Positions 11,354 through 20,593 of a DNA stretch of 32,229 nucleotides are shown in pieces. The notes under the pieces were generated by a model, which did not search any database, was not told the DNA's origin, and saw nothing but the letters and a program-made list of their open reading frames with translations. This stretch comes from Piptocephalis cylindrospora (lineage: Eukaryota). Position 1 is the stretch's first letter; every line of letters begins with the position of its first letter. The DNA is taken from assembly GCA_003614145.1 (NCBI GenBank), contig KZ987747.1, positions 1 to 32,229 of the forward strand, written 5' to 3'. The translations under genes were made by a program, and so were the position numbers.

Positions 11354-12202
11354 ATGTGCCAAGATGATGAATTTAATTCCCAGGAGGTGTAAAAATACCA
11401 TGCTTACTCTTCAAGTGCTAACTTGAACCACTCATCTGATGCGTTTGGCCGTAATCTAGAAGGTGACTGGATGGGATGAGAATATGCCCCTATCTATCCG
11501 GTTGTTCCCCACGGAAAGGCCCCAGACCATTTCTAGAGTGTTTTCACTCTGGATATAGGGAAGGGAGTGGGTATGGGTGTGAGAACATAAAGCTGTACTA
11601 CAGATGAGGAGGTGCCATGTATGGGTGGGATTTAAAAGCGGAGCTTTAAACTGGGACCAGGGAATGAATAGAAATGGCAGAGGGGAAATCATTATATACT
11701 GAGACCCCAGGCTGTGAAAATGAGAATCAGACTTTCAGACGCGACGCTCAAAGGCCTAAAAAGCCCGATGCTGACAGGTAGGGTTTTGGATGGGTCGGAG
11801 TCTGGTAGATCAAGTGCTCACCCTGTGCGACCGGCCCCATATGAACAGTACACCCAGGTTGCGGAGTTAAGGAGAGGCGTACGGTTGGAAATGTGTGCGG
11901 ACCTGCCTGGTTCATTTTTTCATACTCCCACACACACATACAAGGCCGGCCCATCCCCATCGTACAATAGGGACATGATGATCCTGCACGGGAACCCTGG
12001 GAAATAAACAAGATTTACAGAGTATCAGGAGGAATCCCTATTAGGCTGCCAATCTCTGGGGTCACCCGCACCATCCGAAATTAGCATGACGACAAAAATT
12101 CATATGTTCTTTTGTCCCGTATCCAGTGAGCATCGAGCTTAATCACCATCACACCCTCTCACGAGCATGTTCTTTTCATCCATTCGTCCAAGGGGATTAA
12201 CC

Positions 12203-15200
12203 CTATACCACGTACAGATACACCTCCTTGTCGCAAGGGTCCCGCTCGAGGAAAGATCGCTCCATCAGCTGCTCCGATGCCCTCTTGACATCCAAAGGGT
12301 TGGGCTTAAACCAGGCTTGGGTCTGTTCAATCACCTCGATGAAGAGAGATGTCGCCGGAAGCCTCCTCCTCGTCTTCATGATCCGGACGATAGTGGCCTA
12401 ATGACGGTAGGGGGAGGAAAAATAGTGCGTTGTGTACTATAAGGTCAATTCTGGATATCCTAGTCCCTCCCCTTCTCCTCATCCCCGATCCCACTATTCT
12501 CCTTACCTGGAGATGAAGTCGACGATCCTCCTGAACAAGCTGATCTTCCGCCTTTTTCAGACCTCCCGTTTCCTTTCCCGTGATACCAAAGCCATCTTGT
12601 CCACCTCCCATGGAAGTCGAAGGAGGTACCCGGATACGGGATCGTTTACTACTCCAAGTTATTAGGGGACGCGTACGTGTGGAGAGTGAGTGATCTATCT
12701 AGGCCTGCGTCCCCTTCGGATGGAATCATCCAAAGCAAGGGTGCAATACCTTTGAAAAGAGAGGTTTAGCTGTACCAAAGACATCATTCCCAAAGGACCT
12801 TTGTCAGGGAGATGTACAAGTAGCTTGGCCTCGCACAATGCCTATAGAATAGTAGAGTTCCAGAGTCCCCCATGGAGCTAGGGTAAGCCAGTCACCTCTT
12901 TTCAGCACCCCTACACCTCTTGAACTTACATGAACCGCACGGATGAGCTCATCCTCTTCTAATCGAGTTCTCACCACCAAGCTCATCATGGCCAACTCAT
13001 CTACATCGGCAAACTGAAGGAGAATAGATAATTGATGCAAGGATAGATGAACATCGTATCTTTTTTTGAGATAATACAACCGTACATCCGCTAATAATCA
13101 TGGATTGTAGGAGAATGTCAGTACCCACACTTTTCTATAGACCACAAAAAAACAGACTCGGACCTACCTCGGGAAAAGTGCCAAAGCCAGCTGAGTCGGC
13201 GCCCACTGTACCGCTCATGGTAAAATCGTTCAAAATGACTAATCCCTCGGCCCAACTAATCAATAAAAAGGGGTGAGTGAGGAAGGATCACGATGTTGTT
13301 AGGAGTTCCATTCTTTATAGCCTACTTCTGAGGGAAATTGAAAGGTAGTTGACGAGGGCTGGGATAACGGCCAGGCTCCAGTGGTTAAGATGGTCATATC
13401 AAATTGATCTAGTACCGTGGCATCATGAATGTGAATGTATGAGGCTGGCCGGTGAAACCCCCTTTCCCACCCCACCCCTCCTCCAGAAGCAATTTTGAGG
13501 TTCAATGGGTTACTTACAGTTCAGATGGATGTCCCAGGAGTCACACCAGTAACGAAAGTCCCCTACGAGCTCCCGGCTCACCATGACATCCGTGATCATA
13601 CGCTGGAATTTACTGGTAAACTCGGCTCCACATGCTACCTACCATGCATGGGTATGGGAGAGAATAATCAGATAGAGTTCCGTTCCAGGCTTCTTGTGTA
13701 CCCAAGTCAATGAAAAGAAATTTACCTTCAAGTGGGAAATCATCGCCAGTTCCCCTTCCTCTCGCTCCTCATTATCCTCTCCCTCTTCCCCGGCTTCGCC
13801 TTCGCCTATCTCCCGTCTCACCCCTTTCCCTTTCCCTTCAATTCGGGGTTTTGCTGATGTTTCAACCCCCCCCCTTGACCTCCCAGAACCAATGTGGATG
13901 AGTCGACGAGCAAGAAGTCGACCATATACCCGCTGAAAGATATCCTTATCCTCAAGATACTTAAAAAGGGCTACCACACTCCTCAGCTGCTCCTCCAGCC
14001 CAGTTCCACCCCCCTGCCGCAACCCACCGGCCCTAAGTGAGGAGGAGGATGGAGCCGATCGAAGCTGCCTTCCTCGTGGAGATCTGCGCAAAAGAGCATC
14101 ACAATATCTGGCTAGGACCTCTGGGGCCCCTCGACCATCCCTAATCCCTGGGCCCTTTGCCTTTGCTGGTGCATTAAGGAGGGTAGAGAAGGCCCTGTCC
14201 AAGGCCGCCACGAATCCCAGGTCCATGTAGAGAAACTCGTCAATGTATATGGTGTATTCGTGGTGTAGGTCTAAGAGAGTATCCACATACTCAATATCCT
14301 CTTTTGGTCCAATTTGAGCCAGGAGAGTCTTGGCCTTCTGGACAATATGTTCCTCTAATCTATTCATTAGAATGTGCGTGGTATCCGGAATTCTGGACAA
14401 GAGCCCATATATCAAAGGAACATCTAAGGGTAGATAAAGAGGAATGGTGGATTAAGAGGATACCTCCCTACACACTCATATCATACCGCATGAAGGAAAT
14501 AGAGAGTGAGCCAGGGGAAAAATTACCATAAAATTCCTCATTGGTCAAAAGGTCTTGGAAGGTATCGATAAGGGCATCCTTGTAAGCTCCAACCCACACT
14601 TTTTCAAGAACTCGAGTCACCAGAGGAAGGGTAGAGAGATCACAAGCCCCAGAGCTTTGATCGATCTCCTGGGTAATCCGTACATGAGCCTTTCAAGTGA
14701 TTAAATGGATGGTTTGTTAGAATCGCGTGTTAGAGTAAATTTCAAGATGAACTATCCCATTAATCACCGACCGCTCATTCCTCTAATTTTCCATTGGTCG
14801 ATAGCCAAAGGGATTACGTTTAAGAGACCTGCACTTACCTGACGCATAAAGACCTTGATGGAGTAAGAGGTCATGAGGGAAGCAGCTTCAGCCGAATAAT
14901 ATATCCGGAGGTCTTCTAGATAGGGGCGCTCAAAAATCCTTTGGTATAGCCCGTAACGATCATTTCGATAGCTCCTGAGGGCTACAAAAGATTTGACCAC
15001 CAAGCCTACCTGGGATACCCCGGTGGAATCACCACCCTTCTCCATGGTTTGCCCTCGGGCAGCCCTTAGTATCTGGAGAAGTCGATCAGTCAATTGAGCA
15101 TCAACCTTGTTAGGATGGGTCAAAGGTTCAACCACCACTTCCACCCAGATATCATAGGCTAGCTGCATGCGTAACATTGAGTATGGAAATGGATTTGGTG

Positions 15201-16113
15201 AAGATGGATGCGTTTTCAGGATAATATGTTAGCATATAATAACAAGGATTGGTGCCACTTAACTACCCGATCCTGAGCCCTTACCGATGCAACGGGTTGT
15301 CGAGGATGACGACCGCTCCAAGGGCCTTCCTCTTCCTCCAATGCCCTCATCCCTTGAACCGTCATATGTTTTTCAAAGTCATATCCTTCATCTGCCAGTT
15401 CACCTAGATGCTGTTCCATCATCCTGCCTTCTTCTCCATCCTCCATCTCCTCCATCTCCTCTGGAGGCACAATAATAAGGTCCATGTAGGCACAGATAAT
15501 TGAAAGGTACATGGTGGATCGGTGGTAACGAGCCCAAGCATCCGCATAAGCCTGAACTAAATCCTGCTTTAATGTGATTTCCTAACCAAAGTAATTTTTA
15601 GTGCAAATGAGTCCAACTACTTTTCTTTCTGAGGCCACTAGAGGAAAATATCCCCTTTCGCCTACCTTTAATGCTCCCTGAGCCACGCTATTAAGGAATT
15701 CCGCTAAATGATGGAACGTTCTGGAGGCAAATGGGGTGGGTTGTGCCGTGCATAGGGCATACACCAATCTGGGGGATCATTTAATGGAAACGGTGAGGTT
15801 CATCAAGCGCCATTCATGAGAAAGCACGACAGGCTTGGATACCATTGTTTGCCTCTCCCTCTCTCTTTATCCCTTCCAACCCCCCCATCAGCACTTACTG
15901 GTACAAGCGCATAGCTGACACAGGCTTAGGCTGTCCCTTCTCTTCGCTATTTTCTTTCTTTGTACTTCTAGAAATATAGTTCACCTGCAGCTCAGAGGAA
16001 GACAAGTCCTTGGATAGTGCCTGTGGCCACGTTCGTGGGTACAGAGCAAGTAGGCCCGATTCGAGCTCGGTGATTGTGGGAGCAAACTGGACATGCCGTG
16101 GCCGTAGAGACAT
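12203..16113 (-). CDS. CUL2: Cullin, cullin-2-like; 13 exons
   Basis: Hand-spliced through 12 GT-AG introns. MSLRPRHVQF... and VYALCTAQPTPFASRTF resemble the CUL2 N-terminus (MSLKPRVVDF; IYALCVAYPEPL). Further motifs: APEVLARYCDALLRRS, FKYLEDKDIFQRVYGRLLARRLIH, ACGAEFTSKFQRMITD, ILTTGAWPL, YSGRRLSWL, and the neddylation motif EDRRLHLQ|ATIVRIMK. TAG at 12203-12205. Cullin identity is certain; the CUL2 subtype is likely. Confidence 0.88.
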
Positions 16114-16849
16114 GATGAATCAAGGTGTGAGCGTTGCACTGATACAGATCGCGAGTAACGGTGGGATGGAAGAGTCGATGAAAAGGCGATGAGAAAGGCG
16201 GAAGAGATGGAAAGAAAAGTATATAGATAGATAGAACGATATAGATAGCCTGGGAAGCATATGGATGAATATAGATTGGAGCAATACTTTCTCTGGCCGC
16301 TCTTATTCCCTCCGCCGCGTACTCCACATCCGCACAGAGCCTTTGTATACCTTAGCCAACAAGGGGCCACATCCTCGTGCCTTCTCCGCCAGTCCAAGAC
16401 CTAGACCCATCTGCTGTCTCTCACGGCATTCAGCATGTCTCCACCAGTTCTCTAAAGGGCGGAGGGGGAGGAGAGGGCTGGTAGCGCTTGAGACATTCGC
16501 TCAGTACAAACCGAACGGTTTAGTAGGATGATCATTAAGGTTAGGTGACCATTTAATTTTTCCTGAGAGCGCGTTACTTTAGCCCTGTAGTAAGATGCAT
16601 TATTTATGATGACATACTAGGAGTAATATTAAATCGACAATTCCCAAGCCTACAGAAACCTCTATCCTCCCATCCCACTCATTGACAACACGAGTAGACA
16701 GGTGTATTTTAACGGGGAAGAGAAAGGGGACAAATTACATTCATGTCGCACATATCCATCCTAAAGCGGTCAATGGAAATAGAGCCCTTGGGGCGGGCCA
16801 TGCTGATCGCAGCTTGTATCCTCGGGCTCAGAGCTCCACAGACAATTGA

Positions 16850-17194
16850 TTAGAGGTTTGCAGAGACGAGCTTGTCATTCTCAAGGACGTTGGCCTCGAG
16901 GTTCACAGGGGAAATGTCTCCTGTCTTGAGGTCTCCAGTCTTGATGTTTCCAGCATTAATGTCTCTAGTCTCAAGGTGTCCTGCCTTAATGTCCCCTGCC
17001 TCCTCAAGGCCTCCAGTTTCGAGAGGCACAGGGATAGAGGTGGAGTTGCAAGGTACATCGGCATTCACATCGATATCCCGACGCTCAAGGAAAGGGAGGT
17101 GCTCCTTAACATCGTCCAGGAAGTTATCGATGGAAGCAGCGGTGACCGTGGACACAAGGGCTACGAGGCTAATAAGGACGATAGAGGAACGCAT
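16850..17194 (-). CDS. Small secreted protein (114 aa) with Kex2 site and pentapeptide repeats
   Basis: Signal peptide MRSSIVLISLVALVSTVTA, propeptide ending FLERR, and a 5-residue periodic C-terminal half. There is a TATA box upstream. Confidence 0.82.
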   Translation of the reverse strand: MRSSIVLISLVALVSTVTAASIDNFLDDVKEHLPFLERRDIDVNADVPCNSTSIPVPLETGGLEEAGDIKAGHLETRDINAGNIKTGDLKTGDISPVNLEANVLENDKLVSANL

Positions 17195-17366
17195 GGTAAT
17201 AAAATGTGACGAGGAGAAGAAATGAAGGGCTGAACCGGTCCAGCTGTGTGGAATGATTAGTAAAGGTTAAGGGAGTAGGGATGTGAGGTGACCAGGCGGG
17301 AAAGTGTGAGGAATACTAAGGATGAAGAAGCGAGGGGCTTTTCTTGGAGCTCCTCTGCCCGTCCGA

Positions 17367-17373
17367 ATTTATA
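17367..17373 (-). promoter_or_regulatory. TATA box (TATAAAT) of the 17194 gene
   Basis: Consensus TATA 173 nt upstream of the ATG on the coding strand. Confidence 0.5.
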
Positions 17374-19301
17374 CCTGATCTAGGTATACTCTGCGGAGCC
17401 ATGGGGCTCCAAAGGAAAGTAAAGTTGGAATTTTATCACTGGTCGCCTCAAAAGTAGTACCGAAAGTCCGAGCATGTGGAGGTATCTGTCTAGGTCCCAT
17501 CCTTGACTTTACGGTGATAAGAAGAATTTGATGAAGGGGAAGGTTGATGGTCGTCACTTTCTTCAAGTGTGATAGAAGGCAGGATGCCCCATCGCTTGCG
17601 GCGGCACCCTGTATTAGGAAAGCCAAGGCGCCATCAGATTGATTCGTTTTGCCACGACTAATGGCGAAAGCCCGTTTGGGCGGAGGAGAGCGGAGGTGAA
17701 TAGAACCCGTGTGCACTCGGGCACATTGATGGGCTTACCAGGGTTTCTAATGGGTGTGGACCAATTGGGCTCAGATCGGCCCATCGACACACACACATGT
17801 CACGATCTGGATTCCGGGATCTGGGAGTAGTAGATGGGCAAGACCCCTCCTAATGAAGGATTCTGTTAGGTAAGAATCACTTTTCAGTATAGATTTCTCC
17901 CTTTCTAGGATAATCAAAGCGCCTTTCGGGCGTAGTTGACGAATCCCAGTGGACCAAGTCAGTGCCCTCATGCCAAGACTTGTATGTGCATCACATCGAT
18001 TCTATACCAGAAAGTGGTCGTCGCCAACGGATGACTGCTCAAAAGAGCATAGATGACGGAGGTAATGAGAAGAATAATTTTATGGAAATTCAGCGATGAC
18101 GGGTAACCTCAGTTAAGTTCCCAGCGAGAGTAATAAACGCCCGTCCAACCGCAACGGGGTGAGCGAGGCAAGGTGAAGAATTCATTCCATTCGTTTTTAG
18201 GATCAATGATAATAGGCAACGAAGGCGCATTACAAAGGATACTGCGGCCATGATAGGATAATAGAGCCTCTAAATCTTTTCAACGGAATGTTACATATTA
18301 AGTAGTAATAGTAATAGTAATAGTAGTAGTAAAATCATTATAATTTTCCCAGGTAAGGTAGGCTAATGGATATCCGAACGTGATGCCCGCTCTTAAGCTA
18401 GCCTATGTGGTACCAGAGACTATATACATCAAGGGCTATGTTTCCGGCGCCACGTATTACCATTTTTTAGGCAGCTTCTATGTTCGGACACTTTGTAAAC
18501 CTGCCCCACTTGAGGTGAATGTAATGGTTTTACTGTTATCATCGATACAAAGGCTAAAACGACTTGCTGTTAGTTGAAATTCGAGGGTTTGTAGGTGAAG
18601 GGGTAATACTCGAAACACATTTATCTATCATGACACACAAAATAAATCACATCATTGTCACCTCTCCCCCATATCTCGGAGATTGGTTGACATGAAGAGA
18701 TCATTCAACCATAGTAACGCTAGAAAATCATGTTGAAGCTATGTTTAGGCGGGGAGAGGAGAAAACAATTATGGCGACGTGCTTTCACTCCATAATTAGA
18801 ACGGAAAAAGGTAAGTAGACATGCACACCCCTTCATATGGAGGATAGAGGGGGGGCATGGCTATGGGCATTCAACTTACAGATTAGTAGTATAAGAGTGC
18901 AAACCCCTCTCTATCCCATCCAAGGCGCTGGACAGGTCCCATAGAAGGGGTCGATACTTGAGGGTAGATCCAGGGACGAGATTCATCTCCCTTACACGCA
19001 TCCCTTGGAGAGCGCCCGCCTTGCATAGACCAACCCCAGTATTTCATGCTACCCTTGTCATTGTCCCTGTCCAAAGTTATGATCACTCCAGGGTTAGCAC
19101 TTGTACTTAAACCAGACTTGGGCATCAACATGCTACATTCTTTTTCCTCTAGCGTTTTTACTACTTACCTCCCCTTTTCCTTCTTGCCCCACTGACCGAC
19201 CGACCCTTTCCTATCTTTGAGCGTCACTTTAATCACCATTCACTCTCCTTAGTTTTTACAAAAAGTAAATCCCACATTACCTCACTCATTTTCCAATATA
19301 A

Positions 19302-20054
19302 ATGCACTCTCGTTCTATTATTCCCTCTTCCATCATGGTGGTGGCCGCCATGACTTTTTTGGATCAATCGATGGCTGACTTCACCATCACCGAGCCGATA
19401 GATCAAACCAAGTGGACACCGGGGTCCAGAGTCACAGTGAAATGGTCAGTCATGTATTTAATGGACCGGCTTCCTCGCCAGTCCCTTTTTCTTTAATGTC
19501 GCTTAAAATTAACCTCCTCCTCCGTCGATGATAGGGTTGGGTCCGGCGCCGGGCTGGACTCCCAGGCATCCTGGCCCATTGAGCTAATGGCCGGGAACGC
19601 CAATGCACTAAGCAACATTGGCCAAGTGGGCACAGCCAAGGAATCTGATGGCTCCTTTTCCTTTGTCGTCCCCAAGGACATGCCCCCAGGTAATACGTAC
19701 ACGGTACGGATGGGCGAGCGTTACTCGCATCAATTTGCCGTTGATCCCTCTGGATCTACACCCTCTCCTACCCCGACAACCAGCAAGATTAATGGAACGA
19801 CGGCTGCTGCTAATGGTACGCTTCCCCGACTCAACTCAACCATCCAGGCCAATGGCACCAACGGCACTACCTCCAACCCCACCGCCACCAACTCATTGCC
19901 TACCCCATCCAAGGCCCCAGCTCCTTCTCCGGGCACTCTTCCCCTTAATCCAAACGTTGGAATGTCCGGGGCAATCGGCCTTGATCTAGAACATGCTAGC
20001 TCATATGCCCTTACTGCCCCTCTCTTTGCCCTGACTTATCTGACACTGATGTAA
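19302..20054 (+). CDS. GPI-anchored Ser/Thr-rich cell-surface protein with Kre9/Knh1-like N-terminal Ig-like domain; 2 exons, 220 aa
   Basis: Exons 19302-19444 and 19535-20054 (intron GTCAGT..ATAG) join in frame. Signal peptide, then FTITEP...WTPGSRVTVKW...IELMAG...DGSFSFVVPKDMPPGNTYTVRM...YSHQFAV, an S/T/N-rich stalk with NxT/S sites, and a hydrophobic C-terminal GPI signal. Confidence 0.87.
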
Positions 20055-20593
20055 GGGCATAAGCATCCGGCTCTATAGTTCTATATTTTGATAGACATCA
20101 CTGCTCGCAAAAGATACGTCTCCGTTCATGGACACCCCTCTCTGCGATAATTTTATCAGGCGTCAATATTTATGGAAGTTTCTCAAGCGAATACATCTGT
20201 GCCTGTGCAGTATACTCTACCATTAAACCATGTTTGACGCAATAGCATGGCATGTGAATCATCATCCATCAGTACACACACGTGACCAATGGGGTCCTAA
20301 TTCTTGTGTTACGTACACTTATACCTTTAGCTGACTAGAACGGTCTGACCTATCCTGAGATCATAATATTGATTATTCTTATTATACCTTTACTATAGTC
20401 ATCGTATCTAGAGAGGACACAGAGCTCCGAAATAACAAGCAATTTATTCCAATGCGCATCAACAAGTTTCTTTCATCCCTCCCCATCCAGAGGCCGTTGG
20501 TCATGGATGCTACACTAGAAACGGTGGGCCAGACACAACATCAACATGCCAGGGATTCGAACTGAATCACTACCAGGAAGCGTGAATCCATAC

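Noticed and set aside
11364..11439. Possible box C/D snoRNA (ATGATGA ... CTGA, 76 nt, internal TTCAAGT/ACTTGAA hairpin)
   Set aside because: The terminal stem is out of register for a K-turn, I recognise no rRNA-complementary guide or C'/D' boxes, and it abuts a TATA box.
11807..11816. AGATCAAGTG resembling the U2 snRNA 5' region
   Set aside because: The branch-pairing GTAGTA and the rest of U2 are absent.
18298..18332. (TAG/TAA)n microsatellite
   Set aside because: Ordinary short tandem repeat with no further structure.
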